DNA of 28,334 nucleotides from NCBI GenBank assembly GCA_963726245.1, contig CAVSBT010000041.1, positions 1-28,334 of the forward strand, read 5' to 3'. Below, in pieces: positions 1 to 8,528 of this stretch. The notes beneath the pieces were generated by a model. It saw nothing but the letters and a program-made list of their open reading frames with translations, had not been told where the DNA came from and ran no database searches. A program made the position numbers and the translations under genes. Source of the DNA: an uncultured Chloroflexia bacterium. Lineage in GTDB: Bacteria > Chloroflexota > Dehalococcoidia > DSTF01 > JALHUB01. Position 1 is the stretch's first letter. The number at the start of each line of letters is the position of its first letter.

Positions 1-61
1 ACCAAAAGGTTCGGAGGCTGTCTGTTCTCCCGTTGTTACCTCTCCTCCTAAATCTCCTTCC

Positions 62-1312
62 TTACTTGATCACACCCTGCTTGATAAGGTTCTCCGCCAC
101 ACTTGCAAGTCCCAAATCCGTGAGCTTCTCTTTGGTCGGAATTCCCCTCTCAACATCCCAACCACGCTCGTCATAGTAGTCATCAAGTAATCTCTCCAAG
201 CCCTCAGCAGAAAGAGGTCTACCCAGACAGTCCCTTAAGATGATCTCTTCCCCGGTCGGAGGCCTGAGAGGCTCCAGCCATCTTGGCGGGAACCGGTCAT
301 CCTTGCGGCCAAACCCCTCCCTGACATTCAATGCCTTGTAAAGGTTCCAGATCCTCTCCCCGGCTCTTAACATCTCACCTGGGGTTGTCTCGATACCGCT
401 CGCCGCTGAATAAAATTCCGCAAGTTTATCTATATCAAGAGAATGATGCCGGTACTCACATATCCCGAGGCTGGTGAGCAATGTGAAAAAATTCTCGGCA
501 TGAGGAGAAATTCGACCGATATTATAGCCTGCTGGCTCATACAGGCATCTATCTATAGCCTCCCTCGACATACCCACATTCTTACAATAGGTCCTTACCT
601 CATCCTGGGGGAAGCGTGACATCATACCACCTTTTTCCGGTCGTGCCCTAAAAGTTACCGCATAGGCTGGCTCAGGGTGCCCACCTTCAGGATTAACAAC
701 GGCCGCCCATCCACCCATGGTGGTCTGTGACATCCTTGGATCAAGATGAAATGTAATGCCCTTGATCTGGCCGGAGTATCTCTCACATTCACTGCCAAAA
801 GCATTGATTACTCCTAATGGCCCATCTGCGAGTATGCTCCCTATACCCTGCTTCCGTGTAACCATCTCAATCAGCTTGGCAGTAGTTTCAAAGTCCCGCT
901 TTAGAATGAACCCTTGGGCATCTTTTGCAGTAATGAGCCCTCTTTCCTGCAACTCCACAGCGAAGTCCATAGTGGAGATGAAAATGATTCTATTGATGCC
1001 GTTCCGGTTGAAAAGGTCAGATAACTTTGCCATCCTCTGGATGTTACCGGCACCGCAGCGGATACCCATCTGCCACGTAGTGCCGATCAGGCTGGAAATG
1101 TTCGTCTCCATGCCCTCGTACTCGCCTTTCTTAACCTTCACCCGGTCTTTACATGGGTATAGGCAGCCCGGGCAGCCGGTCACCCTCCATTGGATCTTAT
1201 CAACGTATTCTTCGATACCGTATAGCCTCTTAGCTTCTTCGACAGGGAATAGATCCGTCCAGTTTTTATAAATAATACCCGCTTTGGGGAAGTAACTCTC
1301 ACTCAGAGCCAT
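62..1312 (-). CDS. Aldehyde:ferredoxin oxidoreductase (AOR/WOR) family, C-terminal part (domains 2-3); probably one gene with 1303-2046
   Basis: CPGCLYPC (CxxCxxxC) plus a distal Cys in LGIC for [4Fe-4S]. C-terminal GERIWNL..NVREGF..DDRFPPR and LLDDYYDERGWD..GIPT are typical of the AOR family. Confidence 0.9.
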   Translation of the reverse strand: MALSESYFPKAGIIYKNWTDLFPVEEAKRLYGIEEYVDKIQWRVTGCPGCLYPCKDRVKVKKGEYEGMETNISSLIGTTWQMGIRCGAGNIQRMAKLSDLFNRNGINRIIFISTMDFAVELQERGLITAKDAQGFILKRDFETTAKLIEMVTRKQGIGSILADGPLGVINAFGSECERYSGQIKGITFHLDPRMSQTTMGGWAAVVNPEGGHPEPAYAVTFRARPEKGGMMSRFPQDEVRTYCKNVGMSREAIDRCLYEPAGYNIGRISPHAENFFTLLTSLGICEYRHHSLDIDKLAEFYSAASGIETTPGEMLRAGERIWNLYKALNVREGFGRKDDRFPPRWLEPLRPPTGEEIILRDCLGRPLSAEGLERLLDDYYDERGWDVERGIPTKEKLTDLGLASVAENLIKQGVIK

Positions 1313-2046
1313 GACATTTTGCCAAACTTTACGTGTTTTTCGTGAGAGGGGTCGGCCCGGTAAGCCTTTAGGATGGGAGAAACAGCTTTTTCGAACCTCT
1401 CTGGACAGGCAACTTCTACCCTTCCAGTTCCCCCCACAGCGATGGCCTTGAGGTTCTTGGAACCCATAACCGCCGCGAGTCCCCCCATGCCCAGAGATGC
1501 CATTTTATCCACCAAGGCAATGCTGATCCTGACCAGATTTTCACCAGCCGGGCCGATGGCGGCTATGCTATAGGTCCTGCCCAGCTCCTGCCAAAGGTGT
1601 TCCGTAGTCTGGTAAATGTCCTTCCCCCATAGGTTACGAGCATCACATATCTCGATGTCATCGTTCCAGATCCTGAGGATTACTGGCCGGTCAGCCCGTC
1701 CAGTAATGATTACATTGTCGTAACCGGCATGTTTGAGCCGTCTGCCCAGACTCATGCCCGTGTTTCCGAAGGATAGGGTGCCATTGACCGGGTTTTTGGT
1801 AACAACGCTGCATCTCACTGCAGATGGGGCTTTCGTCCCGACCAGAGGGCCGGCACCCAGTATAATGACGTTAGACGGGGAAAGAGGCTCTATGCCCGGT
1901 TTTATCAGATCATAAGCAAGTTTCAGGCTGATGCCTATATCTCCTATGAAATCATGGGCTAATTCAGGTTCAAGCTGCACCCGCCCGGTCTTTCCAGTGG
2001 TTAAATCCACTTGCAGTATCCTGCCACAATAACTTCCGATCGACAT
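1303..2046 (-). CDS. Aldehyde:ferredoxin oxidoreductase family, N-terminal domain
   Basis: GRILQVDLTTG, GPLVGT, LKHAGYD, DARNLWGKD, IGPAGENLV and GGLAAVMGSKNLKAI match AFOR_N. SD-like GGAGG lies upstream. The frame shifts near the T4 run at 1317-1320. Confidence 0.9.
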   Translation of the reverse strand: MSIGSYCGRILQVDLTTGKTGRVQLEPELAHDFIGDIGISLKLAYDLIKPGIEPLSPSNVIILGAGPLVGTKAPSAVRCSVVTKNPVNGTLSFGNTGMSLGRRLKHAGYDNVIITGRADRPVILRIWNDDIEICDARNLWGKDIYQTTEHLWQELGRTYSIAAIGPAGENLVRISIALVDKMASLGMGGLAAVMGSKNLKAIAVGGTGRVEVACPERFEKAVSPILKAYRADPSHEKHVKFGKMSWL

Positions 2047-2084
2047 AGTAAGCCTCCTGTATCTGGATTTTGGGTTCCTATTTC

Positions 2085-2750
2085 TCAGAGGACCCCTTTA
2101 ACCGGAGGAAGGTCCTTTTTCCTCTTTTCCAGGGATCGCAGGAAACCTTCATTTGCATGAAGGTTTTTCCAGTCAGGTTCGTTCAATGATGGAATGTAAT
2201 ATACCCGTGTGTTCTTCACCCCGCCAGATAGCAAAGGTTTTGCTCTATCGGAACCCACGAGTTGGTAAATCCTACTCTCAGGGTCATCCAGCCGGCCGAA
2301 TAGAATCGCTTTGGCCGGACATTCTTCAACGCATCTTGGCAGCGAGCCGATATCGATCCTATCTAAACAGAAGTCGCACCCGTCGGCTTTCCCACTGGGA
2401 CCGATGTACAAAGCACCGTAGGGGCAGACAGAAGCACAAACTCCGCATCCATTGCAGCGCTCCTTATCTATCCTAACCACCCCGTCAACCCTCTTGCTTA
2501 TGGCATCCACAGAGCAAAAATTGACGCATATTGGCTCTTCACATTGCATACAATGAACCGGTATAAAGCCTCTCCTGACTACGGGGTACCTTCCATTCTC
2601 CCACTCGATATATCTGAGCCTGTAATATTCATAGGGATGCGTCTCATCTCTCGGGTGAGCCAGTATTTTGTGCTCTTTCTTACAGGCAACGTAGCAGGTC
2701 CGGCACCTGAAGCATTTATCCAGGTCGATGATCATGCCATAGGAACTCAT
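2085..2750 (-). CDS. 4x[4Fe-4S] electron-transfer subunit (DmsB/PsrB/NrfC-like)
   Basis: Four Cys groups: CFRCRTCYVAC, CMQCEEPICVNFC, CNGCGVCASVCP and CDFC..PRCVEECP. N-terminus YGMIIDLDKC. 4-nt ATGA overlap with the upstream gene. Confidence 0.93.
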   Translation of the reverse strand: MSSYGMIIDLDKCFRCRTCYVACKKEHKILAHPRDETHPYEYYRLRYIEWENGRYPVVRRGFIPVHCMQCEEPICVNFCSVDAISKRVDGVVRIDKERCNGCGVCASVCPYGALYIGPSGKADGCDFCLDRIDIGSLPRCVEECPAKAILFGRLDDPESRIYQLVGSDRAKPLLSGGVKNTRVYYIPSLNEPDWKNLHANEGFLRSLEKRKKDLPPVKGVL

Positions 2751-5278
2751 TTTTGCACCCCTTGATCTATTTTGCGTATCCTGACGATGGAGTAGTTCTT
2801 ACCCATTCCGCCAGCGTAGGGTGACACGCTGGAGGGCACAAACCAGTTATAGGTAATTCCTTTTCTGGCCTTCGATAGCATCAAATTTGACCGATGACCA
2901 GCAGCAAAATATACCCATGCCGCCCGGGGATGAAGCCCCTCGGTTACCTTCACTCTGGCTCTTTCCTTAACGCCGATAGCGGCTTCATTGCAAACGCACG
3001 GGTCGTCCTTTTTCCTTGGACCGATACACTCTACCTCCACTAAATCACCATCTTGCGTACCCAGTTTTTTTGCCCTCTCTGCACTGATGTAGATGGCGGT
3101 ATAGTCGCAGTCCCCTTCGATGGCGTCTTCCATCAAATAGCGGTCATGCTGGGTAGCGCTTTTCTGATGCCAGGCTGCTTTTCCGCATATGAGGGTAAAC
3201 TCATCCTCACCTTTAGGTTCTGCTATCGGAACATGAATTGGCAGCGGGTGTACATGGGAGTTTTTGTACCATCTCGATTTAAGATTGTGATAGCACTCCT
3301 CAGATAACTCATTCGAATAAATTTCAAAGCGGCCGCTTCGGGTTGCGATAGGCCTGAACAGAATATTATACTCCAGCGGGTATTCTTCCAAATAAGGCCC
3401 TTCTTCAATGAGTTTCATGGCCGTAACCTTAGGGTAAAGGCCAGATGCGGTAAGGGCCCTATCCCACCAAGCATAGTCCAGATCCAGCCTTTCGAAATAC
3501 CTGCCGAGTCCCAGCCTCTTGGCCACTTCAACAAGGAACCAACTCAGCGGCTTTGAATCCCCTTGGGGTGGTATGGCTTTCGACCTCATATAGGCCACCA
3601 GATGTTCCTTGTCATCGGCGCCAATATAGGTAGCGCCGTATAAATGGTTTCTCTCCAGATAGGACGCTTCGGGGAGTACATAGTCTGCCAAATCAACAAG
3701 TTCTTTGGGCAATTGTTCGCCGACAATGATTAAGTCCAGTTTACTGAGAGCATCCCAGACCCATTTTGAGTCGGGCTGGGTGACCGCGGCGTTTTCCGCT
3801 GTTGATAACACCGCTCTCACCTTCTTCTGGTCGATGGCTTCAAAATGAAGCCAGGGAAGGGCTACTGTAGCCGGGTGAAAGTCTCTGGGTTCCTTATAGC
3901 ATGGCTCCCGATCGATGGTCTTAGCTGACATCACATTCCCCTGGGGTCCACTAACCAATTCCAGCCCCTCGGGATACTCCGGCACCTCAGGAGGTAATGG
4001 CCAGCCAACTCCCACCTTCAGGAGCCTTTCAGCAAAAGGAAACCGGTGCTTTGTGATATAAAGCCCGCCCGGCTTTTCCAGATTCCCCAACAACAAATTT
4101 ACCACGCTATAAGCCCTCATCGTCTGAAACCAGTTCGGATATCTTCCGGAGGTAAAGCCAGGATAAAAAACAACGGACGGTTTGTAAGCTCCTAAGTTCC
4201 TTGCTATCTCGACCGTTTTCTCCGGAAATTCCGTCACTTCGGGAGGATATGCCCCTACTTCTTCAGCGAGCATCTGAAAAGCTGTTTTGCACCCCACAAC
4301 CTTTCCATCTACTGATATGGCCAACGCCTCATTCAAGCCCAGCGTTAGCCCCGCATCTTTACCGGCTCCGGGCACGGGTTTCGCTGAACCCGTGACCGAA
4401 TCCCAGACCAGGTAACGCCCTTCCTTATCCTTCAGTGCCTTACCGTCATCTTCTCTAATGAGTTGAGGGGCGTTGGTATATTTGAGCAGGAAATCCTCAT
4501 CGTAAAGCTTCTCTTTAAGCAGTACATGGGCCACGCTCAGAGCAAGAATGTCATCACCCCCTGGTCTGATGGGAATCCATTCATGGCACCAAGGCGCTGA
4601 ATCCGCCAATTTGGGATCGATGACTACAAACCTGCACCCATTCTGTTTGGCCTTGCTCAGTAGAGCTTGAGAGTTTATTCGGCAGCCGCCACCACCTTCT
4701 GTGGCTGTTCCAGGGATGTTTTGACCGGCGATAACCGCGTATCTGGTACGAGTCCAATCCGCTTCTCCTAAGAGCAGAAAGGGGCCGTGATTACTCCCAA
4801 AGGTCAACATCTTCTCAACGCGGTGGTCTCCCATGCAAACCTGACCATGAAGATACGATATGTTAGACCCGACGATCGCTGCCCAGTAGTGCAAAAAGAA
4901 AATATTATCCGCCTGTACCGGGCACCCCCACCAGATGTCAAAGTACTCGGGATGTCCCATCTCGATATACTCTTTGAGCTTTGCTGATAGGGCGCTAACG
5001 ACTTCCTCCCAGGTGCATCTAATAAATTTTCCTTCCCCTCTCTCGCCCACTCGCTTGAGGGGATAAAGAATTCTATCCGGCGCGTAGATCCTGCCTCCGA
5101 TCCCGGCAATGGCCTTGCCGCACAGCTTGCCTTCCCAGCCAGGAATGTCCTCTCCCTTAATCTCAACTATTTTGCCCTCCCTGACCTTGACTTTCATCGG
5201 GCCAGCGGTGCACATAGCGCAGGCGCTATGGACCCATTTCCCCTCGTCCTTTGCTTCTTTTACTGGTTCCACTTCCAT
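2747..5278 (-). CDS. Molybdopterin (bis-MGD) oxidoreductase, DMSO reductase superfamily catalytic subunit, no Tat signal
   Basis: CAMC...LCGK, PDRILYPLKRVGERGEGKF, VVIDPK, WIPIRPGGD, ADYVLPEASYLER, TRSGRFEIYS and a C-terminal domain IV. Probable Cys metal ligand in HGQVC. SD AGGAGGA upstream. Confidence 0.93.
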   Translation of the reverse strand: MEVEPVKEAKDEGKWVHSACAMCTAGPMKVKVREGKIVEIKGEDIPGWEGKLCGKAIAGIGGRIYAPDRILYPLKRVGERGEGKFIRCTWEEVVSALSAKLKEYIEMGHPEYFDIWWGCPVQADNIFFLHYWAAIVGSNISYLHGQVCMGDHRVEKMLTFGSNHGPFLLLGEADWTRTRYAVIAGQNIPGTATEGGGGCRINSQALLSKAKQNGCRFVVIDPKLADSAPWCHEWIPIRPGGDDILALSVAHVLLKEKLYDEDFLLKYTNAPQLIREDDGKALKDKEGRYLVWDSVTGSAKPVPGAGKDAGLTLGLNEALAISVDGKVVGCKTAFQMLAEEVGAYPPEVTEFPEKTVEIARNLGAYKPSVVFYPGFTSGRYPNWFQTMRAYSVVNLLLGNLEKPGGLYITKHRFPFAERLLKVGVGWPLPPEVPEYPEGLELVSGPQGNVMSAKTIDREPCYKEPRDFHPATVALPWLHFEAIDQKKVRAVLSTAENAAVTQPDSKWVWDALSKLDLIIVGEQLPKELVDLADYVLPEASYLERNHLYGATYIGADDKEHLVAYMRSKAIPPQGDSKPLSWFLVEVAKRLGLGRYFERLDLDYAWWDRALTASGLYPKVTAMKLIEEGPYLEEYPLEYNILFRPIATRSGRFEIYSNELSEECYHNLKSRWYKNSHVHPLPIHVPIAEPKGEDEFTLICGKAAWHQKSATQHDRYLMEDAIEGDCDYTAIYISAERAKKLGTQDGDLVEVECIGPRKKDDPCVCNEAAIGVKERARVKVTEGLHPRAAWVYFAAGHRSNLMLSKARKGITYNWFVPSSVSPYAGGMGKNYSIVRIRKIDQGVQK

Positions 5279-5425
5279 TTCCTCCTACCGGTTTACAAAG
5301 CAGGGAGTGAATACGTCAAGAACCCGGCCTCCACACCTCCCGCCTTTGTGTCATCTGCCTCGACTTCTTTACACCGCGTGGAATACGTCCCGAAGCGTGT
5401 GAGAAGAAAACCACAGGTGAAAACC

Positions 5426-6412
5426 CTATTTTTCTTTCAATATACCGGCCTTGTCCATCATCCTTCGTAACAATACTCTTTGCTCATTCATGTAACTCAG
5501 GGCTCGGTCAGGAAGCAAATGAAAAGGCACGTTAAATCGCTCGATAAGAAATTTGTGATATTCTGGATCATTTGCGGCTATTCTAAAGACATCGACTAAT
5601 TTGTCAGTAACATCCTTAGGCATTTTGGGAGGACCGATAATACTCCCAAAAGAACCAATACTGAGATCGAATCCAAGCTCTTTTATCGTAGGAACATGAT
5701 CGAATGGTGCGGGAGGTCGTTTATCACCAAATGTCGCTAAGTAACGTACATTGCCTGCATCAATTTGAGGCTTTGCCGAAGCAAAATCAATGATACCTAT
5801 ATCTGCGTGCCCTCCTGCAACCTGAGAAATAATAAAACCACCCACGCCCGGCTGAGGAATGATATTAAATTTAAGTCCCGAAACCTCCTCAAAAGCTACC
5901 GCAGTAATCCAGAATCCATGTCCAACCCCTGCGCTAGATAGTAATATTTCTCCAGGATGAGACTTAGCAAACGAAATAACCTCTTCCATCGTTTTAAAAG
6001 ATCGTTGAGATTTGGTCGCCCCAATAACGTTATAGGGGTGAGAATAATAGGTGGCCATAACGGTGTAATCTGAATGATCATACGGCATTAATCCTTGCAT
6101 TTTACAAGTAAGTAGAGTTACTGTTGCACTACCGATGGTATAACCATCCGGCTTAGCGTCATGAGTTTCTCGGTAGCCTAAGGAACTACCGGCCCCGGGT
6201 TTATTAACGATTATGAGCGGTTGACGTAATATCTCTGAAGCTTTTTTGCATAACGGTCGGACTAAGACATCCCCGCCTGAGCCTGGTTCGAGGGGAACTA
6301 TAAAAGTGATAGGTTTTACAGGATACTTCTCTGCTGCTTGTGCCTTATAGCCCAAACTAAAGATACTCAATAATAAAATTGTACTCAGACCCGTGATAAA
6401 TGACCTTCTCAT
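5426..6412 (-). CDS. Tripartite tricarboxylate transporter substrate-binding protein (TctC/Bug family)
   Basis: Signal peptide ending AQA-A, then YPVKPITFIVP..PGSGGD, VNKPGAGS, AKPDGYTI and VPTIKELG, all Bug/TctC hallmarks. Confidence 0.93.
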   Translation of the reverse strand: MRRSFITGLSTILLLSIFSLGYKAQAAEKYPVKPITFIVPLEPGSGGDVLVRPLCKKASEILRQPLIIVNKPGAGSSLGYRETHDAKPDGYTIGSATVTLLTCKMQGLMPYDHSDYTVMATYYSHPYNVIGATKSQRSFKTMEEVISFAKSHPGEILLSSAGVGHGFWITAVAFEEVSGLKFNIIPQPGVGGFIISQVAGGHADIGIIDFASAKPQIDAGNVRYLATFGDKRPPAPFDHVPTIKELGFDLSIGSFGSIIGPPKMPKDVTDKLVDVFRIAANDPEYHKFLIERFNVPFHLLPDRALSYMNEQRVLLRRMMDKAGILKEK

Positions 6413-6539
6413 CTTTAACCCCCTTTCTTCGGTGGAGTTCCCTTTGACATTGCCACCTGGTTAGACCATCGAGTGATCCAAATCCTTCTCCATTTGCCAA
6501 TTCCTTTAAAGGATTTCACCTCCTTCCCCATAAATCATT

Positions 6540-6600
6540 TCGTAAATCTTCTTTTAATCATGGTTGTATGCGAATCTGCGAACAGTTATTCCATTCCACG
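6540..6600. other. Probable junction between unrelated DNA segments (approximate position)
   Basis: Gene content switches abruptly from an anaerobe redox operon to a Planctomycete-type DUF1559 locus, with a visible change in codon style. No mobile-element features. Confidence 0.6.
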
Positions 6601-7712
6601 ATATCAACCGGTACCGCGACATATTCGAGCAGCGGGCCCAGAGCATCAAAGGCTGCAGCGACGAAGCCTGAATGCGACAATTCAGAAAGAGTCCGCTTGC
6701 CGTTTCGCAAAGCTGGTCGCCACTCCTGGACACCCGGCTTTACTCTGATTGAATTGCTGGTTGTGATTGCGATCATTGCCATTCTTGTGGCGTTGCTTCT
6801 TCCGGCCGTCCAGCAGGCACGCGAAGCCGCGCGGCGCACGCAGTGTCGCAACAATCTGAAGCAGATGGGAATTGCACTCGCGAACTATCATGATGTCTAC
6901 GGTGTTCATCCTCCGGCACTGATTAACTCCGGACGATACGAAGACCTGCCGTTCTACAGTGGTGGAAATCGAGTTCTGAATACGACAGGCTGGACTCTGT
7001 TACTCCCGTATCTGGAACAAGCCAATGCCTGGCAAAGATACGACTTCAATCAATGTTCGTCGGGGTCATCGCCTGTCTTGATGCCAGTGGCTGGACACGA
7101 CACAGCCAATCTGAGTGTGACTCAACTGAAGATTCCGATTCTTGGATGTCCATCAGATCCCGGTGCTGGCGAACAATCGACACATTTTCCCGGCACCGAC
7201 GACATCTATTCCCGCAACGCGCGCGGCGCACGAGTTATCTGTTTGCCACCGGGCGATTCACTGACTGGGATTCCACATGGCGTGAAACGTCCTATGACAT
7301 TCGCCGGGGCATGTTCGGAAATAATGGAGCTGCTCGGATGGCAGATCTGAGTGATGGTTCATCAAATACAGTCGCTGTCGGCGAATCGCATGGTGGAACA
7401 ACGCAAAAGATCAGTGTCAATTTCGGACCATGGGGCCTGACAGGAACACATACCTGCTGCCATGGTCGCGTCTTCAGCGACAGCGACAGATCTGTTGATT
7501 CCACGCATTTCTTTGACACACGCTGGGCACTGAACGCTGACTGGGACCAGACGGGACGCAGCTATGCCTGGGTCTTTAACAGCAGTCACACGAGCGGTGG
7601 ACATTTTCTGCTGGGCGATGGTTCGGTCCGCTTCCTGAGTGATGCAATCGACTATCGCGTCTATTGTCTGTTGAACTACATCCAGGACGGAGAGGTGACC
7701 GGTGAATTCTGA
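6568..7712 (+). CDS. DUF1559 prepilin-type protein with H-X9-DG C-terminal motif (one frameshift near 7218-7226)
   Basis: [47 protein letters not shown], then [11 protein letters not shown] and [18 protein letters not shown] in the second frame. The true start is uncertain; TTG at 6697 is possible. Confidence 0.9.
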
Positions 7713-7867
7713 TTCAAACGGCACTCAGACTTAGCGTGGAGCAATTGAGGAATCGCTTCGGCGAGCGGGGGATGTTAATCCCCTGATTGAACAGTGCGCG
7801 TCTCAAACAACTTGTCACAAGCGTCTGCCATTCCAGTCGCAAAATCCTTTTCAAGAAGACTTGATCG

Positions 7868-8425
7868 ATGCCAAAACAGAATATTTCGCTTCTGGTCGCC
7901 GCATGTGTCGTTTTTGTGATCGCGATCGGAATCCAGATTCGTGAACCCGAATGCGTCAGCGGCGTCGTTTTTCTGGATGGTCGGCCGTTGACTCAAGCAG
8001 ACGTTTTTCTTGTCGGCAATGAATCATCGAACAGTGTCGCTCGAAGCTTCGCACGCACTGACAATTCAGGTCATTTTGAAGTGACGAAGCCACTACCACC
8101 GGGAGAATACAAAGTCATCGTTCGCCGCCTGATCGGTGATTCAGTGGAATCGGTCCTGTTGCTCACAGCCGACGAATTCGTGATTGATCCAACTCAGGAA
8201 GAGACCAGGACCAATGCACTCAGCGGCAAACATCGCGCTGCAAACCAAACGGCATCCATCCTGACGCCACTGCAACAATTGCCGGAGATCTACAGCTCTC
8301 CGGAACGCACAATCATCCGCATGCGTGTGCCTCACACTGGCGCTGATACAGCAAACATCCATCTGTCACTCGCCAACTCAAACCACATCGCCACGAATCA
8401 GAACACAATTTTAGCGACACGATAA
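7868..8425 (+). CDS. Carboxypeptidase regulatory-like (transthyretin-like) domain protein, the usual Planctomycete partner of DUF1559 genes
   Basis: Hydrophobic N-terminus, then VSGVVFLDGRPL..ADVF, ARTDNSGHF, LPPGEYKVIV and LPEIYSSPERT. Confidence 0.75.
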   Translation: MPKQNISLLVAACVVFVIAIGIQIREPECVSGVVFLDGRPLTQADVFLVGNESSNSVARSFARTDNSGHFEVTKPLPPGEYKVIVRRLIGDSVESVLLLTADEFVIDPTQEETRTNALSGKHRAANQTASILTPLQQLPEIYSSPERTIIRMRVPHTGADTANIHLSLANSNHIATNQNTILATR

Positions 8426-8528
8426 ATTCTTCTGACGTTCGACAGGTCTTATAGCCGCTGTGCCAATATAAAGTATGTCAGTCGCGCCACGATTGAACTG
8501 AGCTGTTTCCGATTCTGACATCACCACG

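Noticed and set aside
1303-1305. TGA ending the AOR N-terminal ORF read as selenocysteine
   Set aside because: The same frame after the TGA is not AOR-like and soon stops. Homology continues in a different frame.
6414-6531. Possible 38-aa minus-strand ORF and a perfect AAGGAGGTGA upstream of the TctC gene
   Set aside because: No start codon at a suitable distance from the SD and no recognisable motif. It also lies next to a probable contig end.
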